Below are positions 18,476 to 29,239 of a stretch of DNA of 64,000 nt, one piece after another; positions within the stretch are counted from its first letter, which is position 1, and every line of letters begins with the position of its first letter. Below the pieces are notes generated by a model. That model made no database searches, was not told the origin of the DNA, and was given only the letters and a program-made list of their open reading frames with translations. Made by a program: the position numbers and the translations under genes. The stretch covers positions 32,001 through 96,000 of the forward strand of contig JAUVXW010000009.1 in NCBI GenBank assembly GCA_030603385.1, given 5' to 3'. This DNA is from Promethearchaeota archaeon. Its GTDB lineage: Archaea > Asgardarchaeota > Lokiarchaeia > Sigyniarchaeales > SOKP01.

Positions 18476-20626
18476 TTATCTTTTAATTGTGATTTTAATA
18501 TCAACGGCACTATAACCTTTAATAAATGCTAAAAGAGGATTAATATCAAGCTCAACTATTTCTGGAAAATCATTAACTAGCTGAGATAGTCTTAAAAGAA
18601 CATTAATTATCGCTTCAATATCAGATTGCGATTCTCCCCTAACACCTTGGAGTAGGTTGTAAATTTTTGTACCTTCTATCAATATTTTTGCATCTTCTTT
18701 AGTGAATTTATAAGCTAAAGCAAATGCTACATCTTGCATGAAATTAGCGTAGATTCCTCCAGTTCCAAACATTAGAAGAGGACCAAATTGAGGGTCTCTT
18801 GACATACCAATTATAATTTCATTTACTTTTGGCTCAGCTTTAAAGTCAATCATTTCTTGTACTTCCACACCGTAAATTTTAGCGTTTTGTGGACCAAATT
18901 TTTTAGCATTATTTACGATTTGAATGTAAGCTTCAAAGGCATCCTGTTCTGTTTCAATATTTAATAAAATTCCTCCCACATCAGTTTTATGAATAATATG
19001 CGGACTTACGATTTTCATTACAGATTTTCCTGTTTCAGACAGTAGTTTCATTGCTTGTTTGGGAGTTTGTGCTAACCTAGATGTAGGAGATTTTATGCCG
19101 TAGTAATCAAAAACTTCACTTGTCTCATAACTTAATAAAACTGTTCTTCCATCTTCTCTAACTTTAGAAAAAATTTCTTTTACCCTTTCTTTTTTTACCT
19201 CAAACGCAGGAATTACTAATTCATCTAAAGAAGTACTTCTTAAGTACTTACATCGTTTTACAAGTGTTTTCAATGAATGAGCTGCTCTATCTGGAAAATG
19301 GTAACACGGGATATGGTTTTTTTTTAAATACTCTCTCCCATCAAAAATATTTTTTCCTCCTATGAAGGAGCAGACTATTGGTTTTTCTTTTAAATGTTTA
19401 GATGAGATATCATGAATAATTCGAGCAACTTCAGAGGGATTAGTCTGAGCTTGAGGAGTTACGATGACTAACGCTCCTTCTGTAGTAATTTCATTAGATT
19501 CTACTTTTCCATTTAAACCAAAAATTGTTTTTATTGTAAATTCATATCTATCTGGCGCTGCATCTCCTACAATATCGATTGGATTAAAAATTGATGCTTC
19601 TAAAGGTAATTTTGCTCTTAATGCATGAAGAATTGACTCTGAAAAGCCAGCGAACTTTAAATTTTCTCGTTCAAATGCGTCTGTGGCAACAATTCCTGGA
19701 CCTCCCGCATTTGTTATTATCGCAAATGAATTGTTTTTTGGAACAGGTTGATATAGGAAAACCTCACCAAAGTCAAATAGATCTTCTATAGTTTTAGCTC
19801 GAATAACACCACATTTTTCAAACGTTAAATCGTAAGCAATATCCGCGCCTGCTAACGCACCCGTATGACTAGATGCAGCTCTAGCACCTGCTTCACTTAC
19901 ACCTGATTTTAAAATAACTATTGGTTTTTTTCGTGTAGCTTTTGGCAAAATTTCTAAAAATTTTTGTCCATCATTAATACTTTCTAAGTAACATAAAATA
20001 ACACTTGTATTATCATCTTCAGCTAAAAATTTAATGAAATCAACTGCTCCTAAGTCTGCCTTATTTCCTAGACTAATGTTGCAAGAGAATCCGAATGCTT
20101 GTGTCATTGAATAATCCATCATTCCTGTAAGCATGGCACCTGATTGAGAGATCATAGCAATTCCCCCTTTTTTAGGGGTTTCAGCTGCAAAAGAACCATT
20201 GTAATTAAGCCCAATAAATCCTAAACAATTTGGTCCTAAGATCCTCATGTTGTATTTTTTGCCGATTTTGATGAGTTGTTCTTCCCTTTCTACACCTTCT
20301 CCACCAATTTCTTTAAAACCTGCTGAGATAACAATTAAACCTTTTACTTTCTTTTTACCGCACTCTTCTGCTGCTTTATTTACAAACTTACCCGGAATAA
20401 CAAAAATCGCTACATCTATATTATCTTTCACATCTAAAATGCTCTTGAAACATGGGAGATCGCAAACAGTATCTGCCCTAGGATTTATAGGAAAAATTTT
20501 ACCTTTATATCCTGAGTTTATAATGTTATTTAAAACGGTATTTCCCACTTTACCTTTAGTAGAACTTGCCCCTATAACTGCAATACTCTTAGGATTGAAG
20601 AAGAATGAGATATCGTTAGTAGCCAT
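18476..20626 (-). CDS. acdAB: ADP-forming acetate--CoA ligase, fused alpha/beta
   Basis: PKSIAVIGAS, GPNCLG, SQSGA, ASSHTGALAG, NPIDIVGDA, HKTDVGGI, ELDINPL. Confidence 0.92.
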   Translation of the reverse strand: MATNDISFFFNPKSIAVIGASSTKGKVGNTVLNNIINSGYKGKIFPINPRADTVCDLPCFKSILDVKDNIDVAIFVIPGKFVNKAAEECGKKKVKGLIVISAGFKEIGGEGVEREEQLIKIGKKYNMRILGPNCLGFIGLNYNGSFAAETPKKGGIAMISQSGAMLTGMMDYSMTQAFGFSCNISLGNKADLGAVDFIKFLAEDDNTSVILCYLESINDGQKFLEILPKATRKKPIVILKSGVSEAGARAASSHTGALAGADIAYDLTFEKCGVIRAKTIEDLFDFGEVFLYQPVPKNNSFAIITNAGGPGIVATDAFERENLKFAGFSESILHALRAKLPLEASIFNPIDIVGDAAPDRYEFTIKTIFGLNGKVESNEITTEGALVIVTPQAQTNPSEVARIIHDISSKHLKEKPIVCSFIGGKNIFDGREYLKKNHIPCYHFPDRAAHSLKTLVKRCKYLRSTSLDELVIPAFEVKKERVKEIFSKVREDGRTVLLSYETSEVFDYYGIKSPTSRLAQTPKQAMKLLSETGKSVMKIVSPHIIHKTDVGGILLNIETEQDAFEAYIQIVNNAKKFGPQNAKIYGVEVQEMIDFKAEPKVNEIIIGMSRDPQFGPLLMFGTGGIYANFMQDVAFALAYKFTKEDAKILIEGTKIYNLLQGVRGESQSDIEAIINVLLRLSQLVNDFPEIVELDINPLLAFIKGYSAVDIKITIKR

Positions 20627-21044
20627 TTTTGTATCTAAGGTTACTTAATTTTAAAAAAGGTATATAAAAATCTATAATTGTAATTCCTTTTAAAATTTTC
20701 ATAGATTTACAATAAACATGTAAAAAGCTTATTTAAGAGAGAAAAAAAACCTAGAGGAATCTATTTTTAATAAATTTAAAAATAAAATTCGATTAATATC
20801 TTAATTATTTTTCTATTTGTTAGTGATAAATATTCTATTTGTTAAAAATCAAATCTAACAATACATTAGAGAACAAGAGATTTTTATTTTCCAAATCCCT
20901 AAAACAAAATAAATCCAATTTTTCAAATCCACTAAAGAAATAAAAAAGTTTTGAATTTACATTTCAAAATTAATAGATTTATTCTCGGACTCAAAGAAGT
21001 TCATCTTCGTTTACTAATTGCCGAGGAGCTAAGAAATAAACGTT

Positions 21045-22292
21045 CTATTTTCCTATAAGATAAAGAAGCCCATCTGCTATTGAACCTCGGAAACAAATAA
21101 AGTCATGCCCTCCAAGAAATTCCGTATAGTAAACGGGATATCCTTTTTCTTGTAACACTGTACAGAAATGACGGTTAGATATAAATATTCCTGAAGGACT
21201 AGCTTCCTCAAGTACTCCTACGTCAAGATAAAATTTTAAAGATAATCTTTCGCTTTGAGAGAATTGATGGGCGAATTCTTCTCCCTCCTTCCAATAAGAT
21301 CCTGATATAGATAGTACATTACCAAAGATCTCCGGATGTTTAAATGCTATAAATGCAGACATAACCCCTCCGGCACTGGCCCCAGCAATAACAGAATGAG
21401 ACGGATTTGTAGTGACATTGAAATTCTCACGAACCCAAGGTAATAATTCTTTAATGATATACTCCACAAATTTAGGATTAGGAGCTAATTCACTATTTCT
21501 TAAAGCTAAGTTGGTAGACAGGAAATTTTCTACCATAATAGCAACTACGGGAGGCATTTTATCATCCGCAATGAGATTATCAAGAGTAGAGGATACTTTA
21601 GCCACTTCTTCGGATATTATTCCATCAAATAATAGAACAAAATGAAAAGAAGAATGTTTTTTAGAATAATTTGGAGGGGTATAAACTAAGATTTTGCGTT
21701 TATTATTTAGTACTTCACTGTAGGATGTAAATTCTTCTACTTTACCATAATCAATATTAGCTCTTTTCCCATACCAAGGTTGGGGAGGAGCTTCAGGAGA
21801 TTCAGTTTCATTAAGTGGAAAACTAATTCCATTTATTTTATAAAAGTATTTTTTGGAGTTAAAAGGATCAGGGATAATCGAATCTGCATACTTAAACAAA
21901 TTTTCAGTGGGATTTTTTGGTTCTAGTGGAGTATTTTTACTAAAATTATAGGTTGCTCTTATGCCTTTAAGGAGCTTATATGATTTGAAATATATGTTTG
22001 TGTCTTTGATTCTTTCAAGTAAACATTCTTTTATATCTTCAGTCACAAACATATTCTGAAGATATAAACCGATATGACACACAATATTGTCTACTTCCTC
22101 ATCTTCCCTAAAAACAAAGGTAATGAGGTTATATTTATTATCTCCTTCAATATCTTCAAAGATAGGGGTTCCTATCCCTTCAATTTCTTTCCAGAACTTC
22201 GAAACTGCCTCTTTCTTATTTACTTTAATTTCATCTTGAAGCCTTGATATTTTAGGGCTTATTATCTTTGAACTATTACTTTTATTCGACAT
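21045..22292 (-). CDS. Enterochelin esterase (Fes)-like alpha/beta hydrolase
   Basis: Fes-like N-terminus (FWKEIEGIGTPIFE, DPFN), VYTPPNY, GASAGG nucleophile elbow, GGHD. Confidence 0.85.
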   Translation of the reverse strand: MSNKSNSSKIISPKISRLQDEIKVNKKEAVSKFWKEIEGIGTPIFEDIEGDNKYNLITFVFREDEEVDNIVCHIGLYLQNMFVTEDIKECLLERIKDTNIYFKSYKLLKGIRATYNFSKNTPLEPKNPTENLFKYADSIIPDPFNSKKYFYKINGISFPLNETESPEAPPQPWYGKRANIDYGKVEEFTSYSEVLNNKRKILVYTPPNYSKKHSSFHFVLLFDGIISEEVAKVSSTLDNLIADDKMPPVVAIMVENFLSTNLALRNSELAPNPKFVEYIIKELLPWVRENFNVTTNPSHSVIAGASAGGVMSAFIAFKHPEIFGNVLSISGSYWKEGEEFAHQFSQSERLSLKFYLDVGVLEEASPSGIFISNRHFCTVLQEKGYPVYYTEFLGGHDFICFRGSIADGLLYLIGK

Positions 22293-22416
22293 GATTTTCC
22301 ATAATTTTTAAACTCTTTATTTAATTAAAAGGTTTCCTTAGATTTGGTATTTTGTAATTATAATCTCACGGAATTTATCAAAACATCAGCTATGCAATTT
22401 ATCTGGAGATAAAAAG

Positions 22417-22575
22417 ATGCTTTACCATCAATATTCTACATCGAATTTAAGAAATAACGAACAAAAAACAATTGATGGATTAATTTCGGATATTCTGAAT
22501 GAGGAAGATTTGACAGCATTAGTTGGGAAAGCAGAGAGAAACATAGATAAAAAGATGAATAAATCAAAAAAATAA
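22417..22575 (+). pseudogene. Truncated homologue of element ORF 57636..57929
   Basis: Translates ...ISDILNEEDLTALVGKAERNIDKKMNKSKK*, versus ...LSELLNEEILKQIIEETEKNIDLRMNKSRR* in the element; lacks the N-terminal Cys motifs. Confidence 0.65.
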
Positions 22576-22988
22576 GATTTAAACCAATTTTGGCTAGTTA
22601 AAATGATGGATATACAAATAAATTTATAAATATTTTAAATTTTATAATAATTGGATAAATTAGATTACTCCCATTTTCAAATTTGTCTCTAAGTTTGTGT
22701 TCCCTTCGTTTTTGAAGGGTAACACTCTTTTTTTTCTAATTTTAAAATTTTTAGAGATTATAAGTTTAGATGAAAAAAACAGCGTTAAAAAACTATAAAC
22801 AGAACAATTGAAAAATTTAAAATATTAATAAATATTCGAGTTAATTTGTCAAAATCATGTGTTAATATATGTTAAATGGCGAAATATTGTATTAGCGTTA
22901 AATTCCATCAACTTACATCAATAAATTTAAATAAAAATTAAAATTTATTTATTTGGATTAAAAACTAATAAAATTTAGAGGTTTTAAT

Positions 22989-23222
22989 ATGCCTATTGAA
23001 GAATACACTTTAATTCGTGTTAGCAAGTCAAATAAAGAAAAATTAGATGATTATAAATTAACCAAAGGTGAATCATATAATTCTGTACTTGACGAGTTAA
23101 TCGAATTTGGAGAGGAAAATAATTTTAAAAGTATTAGAATTCAAAATTTATCTAAAAACTTGGAGATTAAAGAAAATGGGAGAAATAAAATTAAACAAAA
23201 GGCGAGTACTCAAATCGGATAA
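22989..23222 (+). CDS. Small RHH/antitoxin-like DNA-binding protein; paralogue of 56298..56522
   Basis: EYTLIRVSKSNKEKLDDYKLTKGESYNSVLDELIEFGEENNFK versus EYSSIQISKSNKVKLDDFKLAKRESYNYVLDDLIEFGEENDFK. Confidence 0.75.
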   Translation: MPIEEYTLIRVSKSNKEKLDDYKLTKGESYNSVLDELIEFGEENNFKSIRIQNLSKNLEIKENGRNKIKQKASTQIG

Positions 23223-23349
23223 TTTAGTAGATAAATTCAAGCTCTATTTTTATCAAACTCATTTTAATAGCCCTATATATAAATTTTTATGTTATAAATC
23301 GAATTTTAATTATAAAATATTAAAAAAAAAGTTAAATATGATAAGAATT

Positions 23350-24156
23350 TTAAAGTGATGTCTTTTTCTGAAAGATCTTAATTCCTAAAAAGATAAATGT
23401 GGAAGTGAATGCTAATATGATTAGGATTCCGCTCCAAATGGGAAAGATAGAGGCTTCAGAAGTGGGTAGAATTATACTACCACTATACATTAAATCAGAG
23501 AAGGAATTTCCAATAACTGTCAATTGGAGATAGACTTGTTTGATCCAATACTGTGGAGTAAAAAACACACCCCCATTGTCCAAGGGGAAAAATGAGCCCG
23601 ATACAAACATTAAGGTCATGTGAGACAACATAGCAATTCCGTTTGCTCCTTCAGGAGAATTGAGAAAGCTCGCAATAATAAGACCCAATCCAATAGCTCC
23701 AATACCGAAAATCATAGCAATCAAGTATCCAAGTGGTAACATTGCGAGTTCAAAGTGAGCCCCTAAAATCCCATACCCAAATCCGAATACTAAAATAAGC
23801 TGAAGATTCATAAAAATGGTCTCAGATAATACAGCTCCCAAAAATACATTTCCACGACTTACAGGCATTGAATCTATACGCTCTAAGGTTCCATCTACTT
23901 TACTCATTGCGAACATAACTGCACTTGTAACTGAAGACATACCGATTGTATATACTACTATTCCAGGAAATTCTACGTCAAATGCGGTTAATCCATTTAT
24001 CATAGCATCTCCACCTTCTTCACTAAATGCTAACTTGTAAACAAGCAACATCATAATTGGAAATACAACAGTCCAAAACATCGAACCTAAGTTCTTAAGC
24101 TTTTCTTTTACATTCTTTTTGGTGATATACCATACTTTCAAATCAATTGAATACAT
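23350..24156 (-). CDS. ABC-2 type exporter permease
   Basis: Six TM segments, GTLERIDSMPVSR, FVSGSFFPL. Confidence 0.88.
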   Translation of the reverse strand: MYSIDLKVWYITKKNVKEKLKNLGSMFWTVVFPIMMLLVYKLAFSEEGGDAMINGLTAFDVEFPGIVVYTIGMSSVTSAVMFAMSKVDGTLERIDSMPVSRGNVFLGAVLSETIFMNLQLILVFGFGYGILGAHFELAMLPLGYLIAMIFGIGAIGLGLIIASFLNSPEGANGIAMLSHMTLMFVSGSFFPLDNGGVFFTPQYWIKQVYLQLTVIGNSFSDLMYSGSIILPTSEASIFPIWSGILIILAFTSTFIFLGIKIFQKKTSL

Positions 24157-25211
24157 TAATCACGTAACCCCCTACCAGTTAATTTTAAGAATATATCTTC
24201 AAGTGAATCTTCCCTAAAGTGTAAGGCTTTAAATGATTCTATCTCTCTTAGAATTTCTCGCTTAAAAGTCATAACTCCTCCAGTAAAGGAGATAATTAAC
24301 TTATTGTTATCCATTTCTGAGATTTTTTTCACATTGGTTATTCGTTCTAACTTACTTTTAGCTTGGATAAGTTCATCTCTTGAAGAAAAACTAAATTCAA
24401 GAATATTACCATTACTTGAACTACTTTTTAATTCTTCTAAGGTTCCAAAAGCAATGATTTTACCAAGATCCATAATCGCAATATGATCACTTAGTGCATC
24501 GGCCTCTAGCATATCATGAGTAGTAAGGATGATTGTCACTCCTGTATTTTTAAGGTCCTTGATAAAATCCCATACAAGTCGTCTTGCTTGAGGATCTAGA
24601 CCGGCGGTTGGTTCATCAAGAAATAGAATTTGTGGTTGATGAATAAGGCTCATTACAAGATTTAATCGTCGTTTCATTCCCCCAGAAAAAGTTTTAGCAG
24701 GCTTTTTTCTTCCTGCAATATTCATTTTCTCTAACAGAGTATTCGTCCGTTTTTTTATGTCAACAGGGTCCATTCCATGCATACGACCAACAAATTCTAC
24801 ATTATCCTCTGCTGTTAAGGCTTTAAAAATAACGTTTTCTTGAGGACATACACCAATAAGTGGTTTAATTTTATTTTTTTCTTTTATTAGACTATAATCT
24901 TTGATTCTTGCATCTCCATTCGTAGGTTTTAATACTGTGGTAAGCATTCTAATTGTTGTAGATTTCCCCGCTCCATTAGGACCTAAAAGTGAAAATAATT
25001 CACCTTTACGAATTTTAAGACTAATACCATCAACTGCTTTAATACCATTGAACGACTTTTCTAGATCTTGAACTTCGATGATAAATTCAGTTGAGTATTT
25101 ATTCTCATAGAATTGATTAGGATCTGAATATTTCATTTGTGCTTCTTCTTTTATTGATACATTCATATTTAAAATCAAAATTAGTTTGAATAAATTTCTT
25201 CCGTAGACCAA
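24156..25211 (-). CDS. ABC exporter ATP-binding protein (DrrA-like); true start probably downstream of 25211
   Basis: GPNGAGKST, FSGGMKRRL, LFLDEPTAGLDP, TTH. Confidence 0.92.
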   Translation of the reverse strand: MVYGRNLFKLILILNMNVSIKEEAQMKYSDPNQFYENKYSTEFIIEVQDLEKSFNGIKAVDGISLKIRKGELFSLLGPNGAGKSTTIRMLTTVLKPTNGDARIKDYSLIKEKNKIKPLIGVCPQENVIFKALTAEDNVEFVGRMHGMDPVDIKKRTNTLLEKMNIAGRKKPAKTFSGGMKRRLNLVMSLIHQPQILFLDEPTAGLDPQARRLVWDFIKDLKNTGVTIILTTHDMLEADALSDHIAIMDLGKIIAFGTLEELKSSSSNGNILEFSFSSRDELIQAKSKLERITNVKKISEMDNNKLIISFTGGVMTFKREILREIESFKALHFREDSLEDIFLKLTGRGLRD

Positions 25212-25293
25212 TTTTTGTTATAAACAAGCTAAAAAACCTACCAAAAATGGGTTAAAGCATAATGATTAAAAATTTTTGAATCTTTTTTGTAGT

Positions 25294-25773
25294 ATGACTA
25301 GAATTGTAATGATTACAAGTAAAGGGGAAATAAATCTTAACTTATTTGATGAAGATGCTCCAATGACTATTGCTAGTTTCTTATTTCTAGCAAAACAAGG
25401 TTATTATAATGGTCTAAAATTTCATCGAGTTATACCGGATTTTATGATACAAGGTGGATGCCCACTAGGTACTGGAACAGGCGGACCAAAACAAAAAGGT
25501 ATTGCATCATTTCCATTTGAAGGGAAAAACATAAATTACCCTTTTAATGATGAATTCCAATCAGGAAGAAAATTCGATAAACCGGGGTTATTAGCAATGG
25601 CGAATGCGGGGAAAAATACAAATGGGTCACAATTCTTTATCACACATGTCCCAACTCAACATCTTAATAATAACCACACTATTTTTGGAGAGGTTGTAGA
25701 TCCTATAGCTGATCAAGGAGTTGTAAACTCAATTGCTCAAGGAGATACAATAAAAGAAATCAGAATAATATAG
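25294..25773 (+). CDS. ppi: Cyclophilin-type peptidyl-prolyl cis-trans isomerase
   Basis: FHRVIPDFMIQGG, LAMANAGKNTNGSQFFIT, HTIFGEV; ATG at 25294. Confidence 0.93.
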   Translation: MTRIVMITSKGEINLNLFDEDAPMTIASFLFLAKQGYYNGLKFHRVIPDFMIQGGCPLGTGTGGPKQKGIASFPFEGKNINYPFNDEFQSGRKFDKPGLLAMANAGKNTNGSQFFITHVPTQHLNNNHTIFGEVVDPIADQGVVNSIAQGDTIKEIRII

Positions 25774-25920
25774 ATATCGAGTTAAAGGATATCTTTTTAA
25801 TTTTTTTTAAAGTCCTTACATTCTTTTTGATATATATCTTAAATAGTAAACTAAAAGTTTATAGAGTTTATCAACATTAATATATTTGAAAAAACTAATT
25901 TTCTAATGAAATTAAACTGA

Positions 25921-27396
25921 TTGGATTCTGAAGTTATGAATAGAGATTTAAAGGATTTAATTAATACAGTTGAAAAAGAAACTAAATCACGATCAGAATT
26001 AGAAGCTACCATCAACTCTTTAAAGGAAGATATTAATCGTTTGAAATTTACAATAAAAGAACAACATTTATTGATCGAAGAACAGGGAGATCAAATTAGC
26101 TTCGCTCAAAGTGATTTACCAAGTGAATTTAATATTTTAAAGGAAATGATTACATCTCAAAGGAAAGATTTAATAAAAAGAGATGAAAATATCGATAAGC
26201 TAAATGATAAAATTGATATATTAGCATCTCAAATAGAAAAACCTAAAAATGGGACTTTTGAGATACAAAACGATGACTTATTAGAAGCTCAAGAACTGAT
26301 ACTGAAATTATCTGAAGAAAGTGAAGAATATAGAAATCAAATTGAAGATTTGAAAAATCAACTTGAATCTATAGAATCAGAAAAGGTTGATCTTGAAGAA
26401 ACTGACAAGGTACAAACAGAAGAAAACGAAGAAATAGTGAATATAAAGCGATTGAACTTTCAATTAATGGAACAAAATGGTTTATTACGTGTTGAAATAG
26501 AATCTTTAAAAGCAAAAATGCAAAAAAGAATCCAAGAAGCGAGATCAGAAGAATTGGAATTAGCTAACAGAAAAATTGAAGATTTAACTTCAGAAATAGA
26601 TTCTTTAAACGCCCAAATGCAGGAAAGAATCGAAAAAGTGAGTTCAGAAGAATTAGAATTAGCCAACAGAAAAATTGAGGCTTTAACCTCAGAAATAGAT
26701 TCTTTAAACGCTCAAATGCAGGAAAGAATCGAAAAAGTGAGTTCAGAAGAATTGGAATTAGCTAGCAGAAAAATTGAGGATTTAACCTCAGAAATAGAGG
26801 ATTATGATACCCAATTAAAGTTCTTACAAAGAGAACTAGAAAAACCAATTGAACCTGCAATAATTTCCACGGAGGATGCATTAGAATTTGCTGAGATGAA
26901 GGAACAATATGAAAATGTAAAATCTGAATTATTGAAATATCAAGAAGAAAATGAACTCCTAAATAATAAATTATCAGAATTAGAATCTCACAATATCGAA
27001 TTGATTGATATAGAAAGTTCTACTAATTCAATTGCTTATGATTTTCCAGAGCACTTCCAAATTTCTCTTTTTAAAAGAATGTATAAACTTTTAGATGATA
27101 ATAACAAAAAAGGTGTTATAAACACACTTATTAAAGATTTAAATAGCAAAAATAATGAAATTAAAAGAAGCGCTATAAAAATATTAAGCGAAATAAAAGA
27201 TAAAAAGGTTTATGATGCATTTTTAGAATTAATTCATGATGATGATTGGTTAATTAGATATAATCTTATTAAAGCTTTAAGTAAATTTGATTTTGAATCA
27301 GAAGAGTTTAAGGAATTATTGAAAAGGCTTTCAAAAGATGCAGATGTAGACGTTAGAGAGCTTGCTGTTAAAATGTTTAATGAGATTTCTAAATAA
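25921..27396 (+). CDS. Long coiled-coil protein with C-terminal HEAT repeats
   Basis: Heptad-rich E/K/L sequence; HEAT-like DDDWLIRYNLIKALS and DADVDVRELAV. Confidence 0.8.
   Translation: MDSEVMNRDLKDLINTVEKETKSRSELEATINSLKEDINRLKFTIKEQHLLIEEQGDQISFAQSDLPSEFNILKEMITSQRKDLIKRDENIDKLNDKIDILASQIEKPKNGTFEIQNDDLLEAQELILKLSEESEEYRNQIEDLKNQLESIESEKVDLEETDKVQTEENEEIVNIKRLNFQLMEQNGLLRVEIESLKAKMQKRIQEARSEELELANRKIEDLTSEIDSLNAQMQERIEKVSSEELELANRKIEALTSEIDSLNAQMQERIEKVSSEELELASRKIEDLTSEIEDYDTQLKFLQRELEKPIEPAIISTEDALEFAEMKEQYENVKSELLKYQEENELLNNKLSELESHNIELIDIESSTNSIAYDFPEHFQISLFKRMYKLLDDNNKKGVINTLIKDLNSKNNEIKRSAIKILSEIKDKKVYDAFLELIHDDDWLIRYNLIKALSKFDFESEEFKELLKRLSKDADVDVRELAVKMFNEISK
26545..26798 (+). 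repeat. 99-bp (33-aa) in-frame tandem repeat, about 2.6 copies
   Basis: SEELELANRKIEDLTSEIDSLNAQMQERIEKVS repeated at 26545, 26644 and 26743. Confidence 0.9.
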
Positions 27397-27419
27397 TATG
27401 AATTATTTGATTTATTACT

Positions 27420-28163
27420 TTAGGATATATAACTTTTTGTTCTCTTTCTAGATAGATGGTCAGCTAAATATAGCGGTTCTGGTTGCCGATGTCTTTTAGT
27501 TGTAATTAAACAAATTTTAAGAGCAATGTCAATAGTGGTTTTATAGCCTACACTTATGAAAACTGGCTTTGAACCATCATTTAAACAGATAACATATCCT
27601 AACAATTCGTTTGAAGAATCTTCATCAACATTTTCTGGATCTTTTGCCCATACTGGTGCTTTATTACCCTTAATTTTCTGAATTTCATTCTTATTAAAAT
27701 ATCCGATATAAGGATTTTTCGCAATGCCTATAGTAGGAATATTTAAAGCAAAGCCAAGATGAACTGCTTCTCCAAACCTCCTAGGATGAATCTTCCCATG
27801 ACCGTCACACATTATAAGGTCTGGGCTACTTGGAAGTTTTGCAATTGCTTTAAATAATAATTTGCATTCTCGGAATCCTAGAAAGCCTGATTTATATGGA
27901 AAACTGATGAGATCTTGAGCGAAATAATGTTTTTCTTCTTTATTCTGTTCTAGATTCCAGAGTACGGCACACGAGACTCCATTTTCTTTATTTTCGTCGT
28001 AAAAATAAGAAATATCTACTCCAGCAATAGTCTTTATTGGCTTAATGTCGCTAATATACTCCTCTTTTCTTATACTCTTAATTTTGTTTTGATATTTAAT
28101 TTGAATTAATTCTGCTTGCTCAAATGAGTAGTTATTTCTTAATAATTCTTCTTTAAATATCAT
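27420..28163 (-). CDS. nfi: Endonuclease V
   Basis: AGVDISY, FPYKSGFLGFRE, DGHGKIHPRRFG, GIAK, PVFISVG, PEPLYLAD. Confidence 0.92.
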   Translation of the reverse strand: MIFKEELLRNNYSFEQAELIQIKYQNKIKSIRKEEYISDIKPIKTIAGVDISYFYDENKENGVSCAVLWNLEQNKEEKHYFAQDLISFPYKSGFLGFRECKLLFKAIAKLPSSPDLIMCDGHGKIHPRRFGEAVHLGFALNIPTIGIAKNPYIGYFNKNEIQKIKGNKAPVWAKDPENVDEDSSNELLGYVICLNDGSKPVFISVGYKTTIDIALKICLITTKRHRQPEPLYLADHLSRKRTKSYIS

Positions 28164-29232
28164 TCAAGTTAATAACTTTATTAGTATTTGAGGATTTATA
28201 GATTCCAAAAATTGTTTTCATGGTATTTAAGTTGTCTTTCCCACTACTAAAGGGTTCTTTATCATTTTGACAACTATCAACAAAATGAATAATTTCGTTG
28301 ATAAATGGATCATTACCTACTAATGTATTAGAAATTGGTTTTATTGGAATAAATTCTCCTTTCTGAGAAGTTCTTCCATCGTTATCTAATTTTCTAGATG
28401 ATATTACAGCACTACCGATTTGATAATGAGCTTTATTTAATGGAGGAGGATTTGAATAAATAGTTCCAGAATCACCATAGATCAGGTATTTTATATTCCA
28501 AGGAGTTCTTCCAATAGAAAAACTAGCGAAGATGTTTCCAATTGCGCCTGATTTGAATTCTAATGTAGCACTCGAGAAATCTTCAGCACCATTAATGAAT
28601 AATGGGTTCATAGTTTTACAGATACCACTTACCTTTTTCACATCCCCAAGAAAATATCTTAAAAGATCTATTAAATGTATTGAGAGAGTAATTAAAACAC
28701 CTCCACCAGCACGATTGCCATCAAACATCCAATGATCGTGAGGTAATATCAATGATTGCTTAAGAATAGAATTTCCTTGAGCAGCGCGAATTGAACCAAG
28801 TTCTTCATTTTGTATGAGACTTAATACTCCTTGAGATGATGGTAGATATCGAAGAACTTGTGCGATCATAAAATTAACACCAGCTTTTTCAGTTGCTTTA
28901 ACCATATCTCGGCAATCCTGCAATGTACAAGCCATTGGTTTCTCAAGTAATATATGTTTTCCTGCTTCAGCTGCGATAATGGTTTGAAATTTATGTTGAT
29001 CATGGATAGTACATATATCAACGGCATCAATATCTTCTTCTTTTAGCATTTTCTCAAAATCATTGTAAATAGCACTAATTTTTGCGGTTTTAGCAAATAA
29101 TTTTACTGCTTCTTGTCGGATATCACAAACAGCAGTTAATTGAACCTTATCAGGGAATTTAAGATAAGCGGGTAAATGGGCATATGCCATTGCTCCAGCT
29201 CCTATCAACCCTACTTTGATAGGTTTTGAAAT
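28153..29232 (-). CDS. Gfo/Idh/MocA family oxidoreductase; probable ATT start at 29232
   Basis: SKPIKVGLIGAG Rossmann motif, LLEKPMA, GGGVLITLSIHLIDL. Confidence 0.88.
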   Translation of the reverse strand: MSKPIKVGLIGAGAMAYAHLPAYLKFPDKVQLTAVCDIRQEAVKLFAKTAKISAIYNDFEKMLKEEDIDAVDICTIHDQHKFQTIIAAEAGKHILLEKPMACTLQDCRDMVKATEKAGVNFMIAQVLRYLPSSQGVLSLIQNEELGSIRAAQGNSILKQSLILPHDHWMFDGNRAGGGVLITLSIHLIDLLRYFLGDVKKVSGICKTMNPLFINGAEDFSSATLEFKSGAIGNIFASFSIGRTPWNIKYLIYGDSGTIYSNPPPLNKAHYQIGSAVISSRKLDNDGRTSQKGEFIPIKPISNTLVGNDPFINEIIHFVDSCQNDKEPFSSGKDNLNTMKTIFGIYKSSNTNKVINLNDI

Positions 29233-29239
29233 AGTAATG

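Larger units (their letters stand above)
22400..23225 (+). mobile_element. Remnant of an element related to the integrated element at 40-64 kb
   Basis: Collinear homology (two ORFs, start of a third, non-coding motifs) to 57.9-56.3 kb on the minus strand. Confidence 0.75.

Noticed and set aside
20984-21024. Small CTCGG/CCGAG hairpin after the esterase gene
   Set aside because: Stems are short and single-copy; cannot be distinguished from a terminator or chance
25921-27396. SMC/Rad50 protein
   Set aside because: No Walker A/B or signature motifs
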